Positions 12,701 to 24,518 of a stretch of 64,000 nucleotides of DNA are shown here, in pieces. The stretch is from contig JAWMAR010000423.1 in the NCBI GenBank assembly GCA_036785375.1, positions 372,001 to 436,000 of the forward strand, in the 5' to 3' direction. The DNA comes from Leucoraja ocellata (taxonomy: Eukaryota). The position numbers were made by a program, and so were the translations under genes. The notes under the pieces are model-generated. The model saw only the letters and a program-made list of their open reading frames with translations. It was not told where the DNA came from and made no database searches. The first letter of the stretch is position 1, and each line of letters starts with the position of its first letter.

Positions 12701-15443
12701 AGAGTTTGGAGGAATGACTGGAGATCCCATTGAAATGCACAGATCAACAACAGGCTAGACACAGGGAGGATGATTCCCTGAACGAGGAGTCCAGGACTAG
12801 GGAACACTCAGAATATGGATGAGAACTGGGAATCGGACTGAGATTCTTTGTGCCCCTGGTGACAAACATATGGAATTCTCTACCCCAGAGTGCGGTGTAG
12901 GTTCAGTCATGGAATCCATTCAAAAAAGTTTGATCAATGTTTGGATATTAAAGGAACCATGGCTCACGGGGGGAGAGCAGTAAAATGGGGCTGAGCTGAT
13001 GAACAACAATCTTGTTGAATGGCAGCACAGGCATGAAGGAGCTGGAGTAGCCATGGGCCCTAGTTCGTACGTCTGAGTATATCACTCCACCCTGGTGATT
13101 GCGAAGGAATGCCAAGTGGTTACAGTCAGGCAGAGTTGGGAGTTTGGAAATTGATAGAATTCTGGAGATTTTTTGTGGGTTTCTGTGGGTCTGCTGAGGT
13201 TTTGGTGAGAATGTTGAGAAATTCCTTCCTTTTATTTTTAAATCTGTTATTATTGGCAAGGAAGGTGGTGTGAGCTTCACTGCTCCCCCACACCCGCCCT
13301 CCTGGCGCTGTGACTGTCAATTTGTCCTCAATCAGCATTAACTGGCAAGTAGGCTTAAGGTGTGGTGAGGTCTGTTTCTGAATCCTGGAGGTTCTTTTTT
13401 CATTTCCTGAAGTGGTGAGAATTGCCTGTTTGATCGAGTGTGAGGTTTCTAGTCTTAAGAATGGACAAGTAATTGGGTGGGCAGGGTGGCGAGGGGGTAG
13501 GGGTGCAATTCATCAAATATGGGATAGAATGGCAAATTAAAGGTACAATTCCCATCACTGATGACCTAAAGAATAAAGAGGCTCTGAGGTATTGCAGTGC
13601 CTCCCTGCAGTCTTGGTGCAGGCCTGTGGAAGGTGAAGAGGCTGCAGGCCTCTATCATATCCGGGATCTCTCAGGATCCAATCTGGGATGATCCATGGGA
13701 TGCAATCACTACATCTCGCGCTACTCCATCGGCTTGCTCAGCATCAGGTCTGTCATTGGCTGCACCTTGCACCAGGAAGCCCACTGAACTGGCTGAGAGT
13801 TGTGAGCAGGAGCACACCAAGAATTATTCAGCTATGTTCATTACTCCACACTCGCCCACCCTCCACCCCACAGCCTCAGACAGCGCTGGTAACTGGGCAG
13901 AGCAGGGTGTGAACAGCCGATCCTGTCCCAGCAGCAGAAATAGGCACCAAAGACCAACTAGCAGTGATCTGGTGGGGCAGAGATAAAGATGTTAATCTTA
14001 CCTAGGCTCCTCGGTCATCCTGGCCTTGGTCACTGCAGCCATCACAGCCCAGCAGAAGCAAGGGGGCAAAGATAAACCCTGCCCTGAGGCTTTAGCTCTG
14101 CTCCCAGTTGAGAACTCCCTCCCCCCTCGCCAAGGATGCCTGTATAAGATTACCTCTCTAAACATCAACCAGACTGGCCTCTCTGAATTTCCTGCACTAA
14201 CTGTACTTCATGTTTTCCTTTACCCCACTCTGTGCGTGTGTGTATGTGTGTGTTCGTTTGTCTGTCTGTGACTGTATTTATTTATCCATCTGTGTGTGGG
14301 ACTGTATATGTGTGTGCGTCTATGGCCATATACATGTGTGGGGATATGGATGGGATTTCACTTGTATGTGCATGTATCTATTTCTGTCTAAATGTTTTTT
14401 TAATGTCTGTGTGTTTGTGTGTGTCTCATGGCTGTGGATCAATGTCTGTCTGTCTGTGTGACTATATCTTTGTATGCAACTATGACGGTATNNNNNNNNN
14501 NNNNNNNNNNNNNNNNNNNNNNNNNNNNNNNNNNNNNNNNNNNNNNNNNNNNNNNNNNNNNNNNNNNNNNNNNNNNNNNNNNNNNNNNNNNNNNNNNNNN
14601 NNNNNNNNNNNNNNNNNNNNNNNNNNNNNNNNNNNNNNNNNNNNNNNNNNNNNNNNNNNNNNNNNNNNNNNNNTTCTCTCTCTCTGAAGAGGGCGAGTAC
14701 TGCCCCTGGGAGAAGGAGCTCCAGTTTGGGCTCTGGGTCCATCAGCTGTCTGATGAAGAGGACAACCATGTGTTCAGAGGTATCTGCTTTGCTTCTCTGC
14801 AAGTACAGAGCTCAACAGCACTAATCAGATACAACCCACCCCTTTAAAGCGGGCACCAGCTGCTTTGTGATTGCACGGGCAGAGGCTGGAGCTCACAATT
14901 GGTGGCAGCCGGAACAAAAATTCAGTTCAAAGCGACGGGGATTGGGAGAGGAAGGTGTGGTCAAGACAATGCTTTTTACACAGTCAGAGGGACAGGTCTT
15001 GTGTGCAGACTCCCCATTTATGATGGGAATGCATGCAGGGAATGCCCGGCAAATACTATCATCCACACAGAACTGTCACGCTGTACTGCATGGACTGTCC
15101 ACTCTAACGCTCCACTTACGACATCACAGTGTGATCACCAACACTAGGGATCGGGGCACTGGCAATGGGAGCAATCCGTCACGGGGCATGGACCGTCACA
15201 GAGTTGCTATCTCAGCCCAGAGGGAGAATCTCCCTCACACTGACATTGTTTAGCGTTTTGCCCGCATTGTTGGCATACACTCACCACCCTGGGAAGCCCT
15301 GGCACACACACACTCATGACCCTGGGCTATCCTGATTCTCTTTCTCTTTCCCTCTTTCCCTCTCCCTCCCTCCCCCCTCCTTCTCCCTCTCCCTCATTCT
15401 CTCTCTTTTTCTTCCCCCCCCCCCCCCCCCCCCCCCCCGGGCT

Positions 15444-15493
<50 letters not shown>

Positions 15494-18400
15494 GCACACT
15501 CACTCACAACCCTGGGCTGTTCTCTCTCTCTCTCGGTCTCACACCACACAGGGATGCCCTGGCACACACACTATAGTCACTGGGCTTGATTGGAAATGAC
15601 AGTTCCCATGTTCCGCTTGTCACCGACTCTCTCCAGCACACCCTGTGTGCCCCTCAGCATCTGGGCCACACTGCAGCTTCCTATGCTGATGACATTAACC
15701 CTTCCTAGAGTGGAGAGCATTGCTGCCTAACACTGGAGTGTGTGGGTGCTGAGTGCCTCCAGCTCCGCAGCTTGATCCGCTGTGTGCTGCACTTGTCTGA
15801 CTGTTGATGGTGAGTGTTTCTCACCGCCCTCGAGGTCTCTGCATGGCTTGTGGCCTGTATCTGCTTGTGTGCATTAACTTGCTTTACACAGTGTCCAGCA
15901 GAGGCATTCTTCGCTGTTGCACATAGCCCCATGTTTCTGTCCCAGACTGTGTGGCAGGGGGTTAGCTGGGCTATGCAAAGCTGTGAGGTGCTGTGCTGGG
16001 TGGGGTGAGTGTGCCATGTAGGAGTGGCCTGAACCACGGTGTGGAACGCTGGGCTGGCACTGCACATCATTGCCAGGCTGCGCTGTGGTGTTTGCTGCAG
16101 GGCTGGTCATGGTCAGGCCTAGCCAGGCTGGAGGATCGGACTGGGCTGGGAGGATTAGATGGTGCTTGGAGGACTGGATGGGGCTGGGAGGACTTGGATA
16201 GGAAGACTGGAGGAAGGTTGGAGTCCAGGGCTGGGAGAATGAAATGGGGCTGGGAAGACTGGGTTGGGAAGACCACATAAAGCTGGGAGCACTGGGCTGG
16301 AAGGTTGGACCAGGCTGGGAGAACGGGACTGGGCTAGGAGAACGGACAAGGTTGGGAGGACTGGACTGGGAGGACCGGATTGGGCCGGGACAGGTGAGGA
16401 TGGTTTTGGGTTAAGAGGACTGGATTTTGTGTCGGACAGGATTGGGTGGACTCTTTTCTGGATTAGGGAATAATGGGAGCAGGGAGAATGCCTGATAGTG
16501 CAGGAATTCATGAATCCAGGTGAGCACCTGGATGGGAAGGAATCATGACCAGATTTGACCGTTGTGTTCAGTGCTAGGTTCTGCTGTATAGGGTCACAGT
16601 AAGATAATTCCTGAAGGGGACCAGAGGCTGGAATATTGGGCGTTTCCAGAAGTAAGAATAATTGTACAGGAATTTGTTGGGAAAGAACAGGATTAGGGTC
16701 AGTAGCAGGAATTTTTGTGGTTCCAGAGACAAGGTTCTTGGAGACAAGTCAGTTACTCAGTACATTAAAGAGATCAGTTGATGTATTGGTATGAAGGGAA
16801 TTGAGGGGCATGTGGATAGTGCAGGAAAATGATGTCCAGACAGAAAATCAGCCGTGGTCTTGAATGGCAGAGATACGAGGGGCCGAATGGCCCACTCCTG
16901 CCTCTGTTGTCCTCTCAGGCCTATGGAGAGTAAACAGAGAGAGGCAGGAGGTTCTGGGACCAGTGGGGATACGGGCAAAAGGGAAATACAAGGAGAAACA
17001 AGAGTTCCCAGAGAATTTAGGTCCTCACTTGCCCCGCTGCAGGGTTGTGGGAACAGGGTCAGACGGTGCTGTCAAAAGGGAATTGCGTGGGGTGGTGGGG
17101 GGGAGGGGGAGAGAGAGAGCATCAGACTCGGGGCTGAAAGGAAAGTATGAGATTACTTTGCCAGGAGCCAGCATAGACTGACCGGCCTGGTGTGGTGACT
17201 ATGAGCAGGAGAGGGAGCGTGCCTCTCCAACAACTCTGCTGCACTGTGCTGCTCACTGCATGCATTTCTCCGCTCTTTGCATCTGCTCTCTATGTTCCAT
17301 GGTCTGCCTCACTTTTCTGTGATCTCTCTTTCTCCCTCCTTTCCGCTCCCATTCCTGTCGCTTCACTGGCCCCGCACCTACGGAGCAGCTTCGAGCCTGA
17401 GGGTGCGTCAGCTCGTCAGCCCCATTGATCCGCTGGAAATCAAGGCGGACGTGCACTGGACACACATCACGGGCCAGGAAGGGGCAATCCTTCCAGCAGC
17501 CCCAGACCCAGAAGGTACGGAGCAGTGTCAGAGTCCACAAGGGGGCGCCATGTAGGAGAGATGCCACCGAGGGCAAGACAGTGCCAAGGCAGCGGGGCAG
17601 TGGGCACAGTGGTGCTGGAAACAGCAGAGTACAGGCTGACCATGCATAGGGACCGTGTGTGGGAGGGTGGCATGCACAGGGATCATGTGTGGGAGAATGT
17701 TGCATGCTGAGGGTGACACACACTGGGGCCACGTGTGGGAGGGGGTTGCACTGGGACCGCATGTGGGTGGGTGACATGCGCTGGGACTGCATGTCGGTAG
17801 GGGGTCGCATTGGGACCGCATGTGGGATGGGGTCACGCATGGGCCATGTGTGCGAGGGAGTCACGCATTGAGACTGCATGTGGGAGGGAGATCACGCACT
17901 GGGACCGTGTGTGGGAGAGGTGCTGAATGGTGAGTGTACAATCTTCCTGCACCAACTAATAACTACGTTCCCAGATTATAGATGGAGCTCACTTTTCCGA
18001 GCCTCCTTTGCCTGTTGCTTGTCTTCTCGAGGAGACCGTCTAGTTCCTGCCTGGAGCCTTTTTCACACCTCTACCTTATGTGCATTTTATTAAAGTCTTT
18101 TTCCCTGTTTCAGCTTTGAATTGCCTGTGTTTCCCATTACAGCCTCATCCTCGCATGAATAAACTGACAAGCAGAACATCTTTTACTTTTGTTTGCAGTT
18201 TAAGTTATTAAACTTCAAAGCCCTTCACTGATCTTAACACTTTTCGAAGAAAGGGTCTCGACCCAAAACGTCACGTCTTCCTTTTCTCCAGAGACACTGT
18301 CTGACGCTCTGAGTCACTCCAGCTTTTTGTATCTTACTCCCCACCTACCCAGGCTGGGGCATTCCAATGAGTTGGTGGATGTGTGTAAGAGGAGACGGAT

Positions 18401-21400
18401 CACTGGGGATCATATCAGAGGCCCACGGACCCAGGAGGAAGTATTGGGCAGGATATTCTCCTGGAATCAAACAAACATTGCTGGGATGCGTACATCTCTA
18501 TTCCTGTTGCACAATAGAACTCCGATAATCCGGTATTTTGTTCGTTTAGAAATCCCAATGGTTGGGCATCTGGCTCGTACGTTAGTCCAGCGTGTGAGCT
18601 AGGGGTCTGGAGTGCACGCCAGTCGTGTAGTTGGAGATGGTCTCCAGAGTGTCGGTGAAACTTGTGCTGACTAGCGGACTCTCATCAGCTACTGCTTCTT
18701 GCCCGGTTTAAACACACCGGGCTACTGGACAGTTATCATCTACCATGACCCATAACGCCAAGGTGAAATAAAAGTGGCCATTTGGATATTGACAGGAGTA
18801 GCGTTCAATAATCTGTGAAATCTGCAGTACATTTGGTGGACGTTGCAGTCATCGTGCATTGAAGCTGGAGGTAATGAACGACGAGTGTGTAAATGGGCTA
18901 CTTTGCCCTGCAGGGTTGAGAATTTCTGGAGCTGTAATCACCCAAGCATGCAGATAGCATTCACCGTGCTCCTGAGCTGTGCCGTGTAGATAGTGGAAAG
19001 GTTTGTGATGCCATGGGTGAGTCTCCTGCCACAAGACTCCCAGCCTCAGACCTACCCTTGCAACCACGGTATTTATGTGGCTGTCCCAGCTGAGGTTCTG
19101 GTCGTGGTGACTCCCAGTTGAATATCAACAGTGGGTTTCTGGAAATTGAACTTTGCTTAGAAGGTTGTGATACAAATGCTATTTGATGCTTACCAACCCA
19201 TGCCTGAATGTTGTCTAGGACTTGCTGCACACAGGTGTGTTCTGCCTCATTTGTTGTGGAGTTTCAAATAGAACATTGTTCAATCATCAGCAAACACCCC
19301 ATGTAACGGAAGAAAAGTAACTGAACGTCCTGTATTTTTGTCTGCAACTCAAATGATGACCCTTATGAAACTGGTGGATGATATTTAGTAACTCCATCCC
19401 ATGGAGGGGTTTGCATTGATTTCTGTTTTTGATCAGTGCTCCTTGATGCCATATGTGGTCAACTGCTCCTTTGATGGCAAGAGAATCACACTCACCTTAC
19501 CTTTGGACCAAGTCTTTTAGTCTGAGTTTGAGCCTGGACTGTAAACCAAGCCAGGCAGTAATGAACAGGTCGTTGATAGCTTGATGGTACCATCAACTAC
19601 ACCTTGTTGATAAGTTCATAGGAGCAGAATTAGGCCATTCAGCCCATCAAGTCTACTCTTCCATTCAATCATTGCTGATCTACTTTCCCCCATTATCGTG
19701 GACACCCTGACTAATCAAGAGCAGAGAGTAGATGATCGGGAGTAGACTGATTGGAATGATCCTGCCTTCTGTGGTTGGACATACCTGGGTAATTCTCCAT
19801 AGGCCTCATGTTGTGATGCCACTGGAACACAAGGCTTTGTCTCCACAGCTAAGGGTCTCACACCCTGTCGAGAGTTGATCTCGTCTGTTTGTGGTTTAGT
19901 TCCTTTTAGTTTCACGAGTTAGCATGCAGTCAGATTGGTGCTTACCTTTGCTGGGTTGGGATTTTATATTTCCACCTTTGCTCAGTGACAATCCTGCATG
20001 TCCCTAATGTTCCCCTCACTAATTAATTTGCTGAGGATATATGGTAGGTGATAATCAGTAGGAGGTTTGGATTTAATCTGTAATGGGTTAATTTTGAAGT
20101 GTCCCTGACCACTCATTCGTCACTGTTTGCCAAATGACACCACCTTTGTTAGGTCTACAGTGCAGATGGGACATAACCCAGAGACCAGCTAGAAGGTGTT
20201 GTTCTGTCATTGACTACATCAGGTGTAACGAGCTTGTGGGCCTGTTCTTCTTGTTCAGGCAGATTACCTCTGATATTCAAGGCATGGCACATTATCACAA
20301 CTAGTAAGCTGCTGCCTCATAGTGCCAGAGATCTGGGCTCAGTCCTGACCTCAGATGCTGATTGTGGAGTTTGCACGTTCCCCGTGATTGCATGGGACGA
20401 CAGATGGCGCAATGGGCTAAGTGTTCGGCTGGCGACCGGAAGGTAGCCGGTTCGAATCCCGCTTGGAGTGCATACTGTCGTTGTGTCCTTGGGGCAAGAC
20501 ACTTCACCCACCTTTGCCTGTGTGTAAATGTAATGTAATTATGTGAAGCACTTTGGGGTCAATGCAAGTTGACTAAAAATGTGCTATATAAATAAGATTA
20601 TTATTATTATAGTGTGTAGATGAGGGGAGAATTGGTGGGAATCTGGAGAGAATGAAGTAGGATTACCTTACGGTTAGAGTAGATGGGTAATTGATGGTTA
20701 ATGTGAACTCAGTGGGCCAAATACCCTATTTCCGTGTACTATGACTATAACTCCCGCCACCTACAGCCAGTCTGAAGAACGATCCCAACCCAAATCATCA
20801 CATCCATTTTCTCCAGAGATGCTGCACAGTGGCGCAGCGGTAGAGTTGCTGCTTTACAGCACCAGACCCAGGTTTGATCCTGACTATGGGTGCTGTCTGT
20901 ACGCAGTTTGTACTTTCCTCCTGTGACGGGTTTTCTTCGAGTTCTTCGGTTTGCTCCCACACTCCAAAGACGTACAGGTTTGTAGGTTAATTGGCTTGGT
21001 ATAAATGTAAATTGTCCCTAGTATGTGTAGGATAGTGTTAATGTGCGGGAATCGCTGGTCGGTGCGGATTCAGTGGGCCGAAGAGCCTGCTTCTGTGCTG
21101 TATCACTAAACTACATTTTTTTTAAAGCTGCCTGACCTGCTGAGATACTCTAGCATGTTGTGTCTACTGTAACCAATGACATTAGTCTCCGAAACCATGT
21201 CCCCTCATATCCCACAAAGTGAAGCTCACACATTGAACTCGTTAATGAGAAGGGAGTGTTGAATAACATTAGATATTGACAATCCCTGTGGGTTAACTAA
21301 AGATATCGGGAATGTGAATGTGTTAAATAGAATTGGATATGGCTGGCCTGTTCACTGTCGCTGCTGGTTATGCATTTTTACACAGCTGCTGCTGGCTCTG

Positions 21401-24400
21401 GCATTGTGCGCCTGTTCTGGCATTGTGCGCCTGTTCTCTGATGCTAGTTTCTGCATTCTGCGCTTGATCCTTGTTGGTGCTGCTCTAGTATTGTACGCCT
21501 GTCCCTGTTGATGCTAGTCGTGGCATTTTCTACCTGTTGCCTGGAGCTCGTTTCACCTGTGCACTGTAGCGACTGTGTTCTGGTATTGACGCCTGCTCCC
21601 GTTTGACACTGGTTTCAGGTGTTGCGTGCCTGTAATTTGGTGCTAATGTATGGCAGTGTGCACCAGTTCACAGTCGGTGCTGCTGTAGGCACTGCGCGCC
21701 TGTTCACTATTGCCATTGTGTTATTTGCTGCTGGTTTCTGGCATTGTGTGCCTGTCGCCCACTGCTGCTGTTTTGGGCGTTCAGTTCCCTACATTGGTTT
21801 AGATATGTTTAGTATAGATTGCGCATGTTTGAGAGGTGACAATCCTTTCCTCACATCAGCTGAGATATCTTTCAATTCGTCTGTTCACTAGCTTTTATTT
21901 TTTCCCAAATATAGCCTCTGATGTTCCCCCATTTCGGAATGAAGCAGTTCGAGCATGGTTGGACACCCTGTCTGGAGGTAGTTTTGTTTTGTTAAAGACA
22001 GCCTGGCCATTACGCTGCTTTCCTTCTGCTCTCCCTCTCTTTTGGGGCATCAGTGTCAGAGTGAACAACGCCAATGGCACAGCGATGAGGGGTTGTGGAG
22101 GTTGGAACAGAGTGTAGGCTCAGGGAGGGGATGGGAGGTTGGGGCAGAGAGTGTAGGCTTGGGGTGGGGAGGGCGGGGTAAAGAGTGTGGGCCCAGGGGG
22201 TAACAGTGCAGAAAGTGTCAGCTATCCCTGTGGAGAGGAAGGCAGGTGTAAATACATTGGCCTCGGGGAGGGTGTATCAGTCCTGGTGAGTCACAAGGAA
22301 GAGCTGTTACAAATTAAAGGCAGGAAGCATACAGGGATAGATAATGCTACATCGCATGTTGATTCCTCGATCTGAGTAAAATGAAAGGGACGAGAGTGGA
22401 ATTAAAGTGGGATTGATGCTAAATATTGCAGGGATGGGAATTGAATGGGAGACGGGTCGGGGGGCTGATGGTGAGAATAGTTCCTGACTGGTTGGGTGTG
22501 ACAGTGGTGCAACTGGTAGAACTGCTGCCTCACAGCTCCAGCGACCTGGGTTCAATCCTGACCTCGGGTCCTGTCTGTTTACACGTCCTCCATCTGGCCA
22601 TGTGGATTGCCTCCGGGTGCTCTGGTTTTCTCCCACGTTACAAAGACTTGCGGATCAGCCAGTTAACTGGCTGCTTCAATTACCTCTCTTGTCGGTAGAG
22701 AATCGGGGAAAGTTGTTGGGGACGGAGGAGAGTGTTCTTCACAGGGGTAGTAAGTGTGGGAATTAGATCAATAGGCTTCTAGCATAGAGTTGATGGGCTG
22801 AATGGCCCATAATACAAGGAAGTATGTGATGGTCAGATTTATAAAGAATGAGTTGGAAATGGAATTATAAATCCTGGATGAAGAACCAATATCACAACAT
22901 CTGATTACAGAAGCTGCAAGATGCCTCTACCTTCTTTCTTTATATTTAAAATATCTCATTCTTGTTTTCTTGTTTTCAACTCTCCTTGGCCTCATCCTGC
23001 AGTATCTGCAAATCCTCCTTGTCCCTGTAACTCTAAGGAAGCTGCGCTGCTCAATTCCTGCCTTTTGCACTCTCGCCATATTAATCACCGCCTCTGAATG
23101 CTGTGCTTCAACTATCTGGCTCCGATGCTCAGAAACTCATCTCCTGAATCACTCCACCTCTTGTCATCAGGACGTTGCTTCAAACCGACCTCCCATCTTG
23201 TTTGTTTGTGTAATGTTTAATTGTGTAATGTTTCTGTGGCTCTGTGGTAAATTTTATTTGATGACATGCCCTTGGAGTTAATGGTGACTTCAAATTTAAA
23301 AAAATAAACAAGTGATTTTTAGCTGATAAATGCACCCTATTAGAAATCTGAGCTGTTGCTTGAGGCTGCTCTGGGACTTTATGGTTCTTTAATTATTTCA
23401 CTTTCTCCATTGCATTCCAGAAAAGCAGATGAAGGAGGAGTTGAGCCCAGATGAGGAGGAGGGCAGTTCATCATTGGAGGATGGTATGCTGAATCTCACT
23501 TGGTACAGAGTCTGGAGCTCTGATACACTCAAAGCATCTAACAGCCTCTATAAACAACACTACTGTATCTACCTCAACCACCACTTCTGACAATGCGTTC
23601 CAGACCCCCAATACCCTCTGGGGGAAAAATAAAACTTGCACCACACATCTCCATCATTGGGAAAAGCATGTGCCTTCCCATTAGCCCGCAATTCAATATC
23701 AACAGCATGGAAACAGCCCTCAGGCCCAATTCATCCATTCCAACCAAGAGGCCCATCTACACTTGTCCATTTGCGAGTGTTTGACCCATATCCACTGAAC
23801 CTTTCCTATCCATGTATCTATCCAAATGTCCTTTAAATCTTGTTATTGTTAGTTTGAATCTAAAAGCGACATTCCATTTTGATCTATTGCTCCTTTCTCT
23901 TTTTCTCCACTGTACCTTTATTTTCAATTCTCTCTTGAAGACCATGATGAAAGTTCCCATTTCCTCATCTGCAGGCAGTATATTCCAGTTCCTAATCAAA
24001 TATTGCATGACATTTCTGCTTTGTGTCACTCTTAATTTTACCCCCTTTTATTTCATACAACACCTCGGTCTTGTTTTCCTTATGAACCGCTTGACCTGTC
24101 ACGTTCAATGGTTCCTTGGCTCCCGCATCCCTTTTAGAACAATATTGCCTCCGCTCATCATCCCCAACAAAGCACATCACCTCACATTTTTCTGCATTAA
24201 ACTTTATCCTCCACACCTTTGCCATTCCATATCCTATATATCCGATTCCATATATCTGAACATCCTGCTGCAATTTATCACTATCCTTTTCGCAGGTCAC
24301 AACTTCAGCTGGCAAGTTTTATATTACCTTCAAATTTAGAAAGTGTGGCTTGCACCAAATCATTGAATTAGATCAAGGAACTTGATGGACCTAACGATGG

Positions 24401-24468
24401 TCACAGGGGAAAACCACTATTTATCTCCACAGGTACTTGTCCTGCAACCACAGGAGTGTAACACCTGT

Positions 24469-24518
<50 letters not shown>

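Noticed and set aside
17640-17920. CRISPR-like array
   Set aside because: Head-to-tail degenerate minisatellite with no unique spacers, in a vertebrate intron with no cas genes.
20394-20470. tRNA gene
   Set aside because: It has A and B boxes but no proper acceptor stem or cloverleaf and continues into a SINE body and tail. The other tRNA-like heads in the window are SINEs too.
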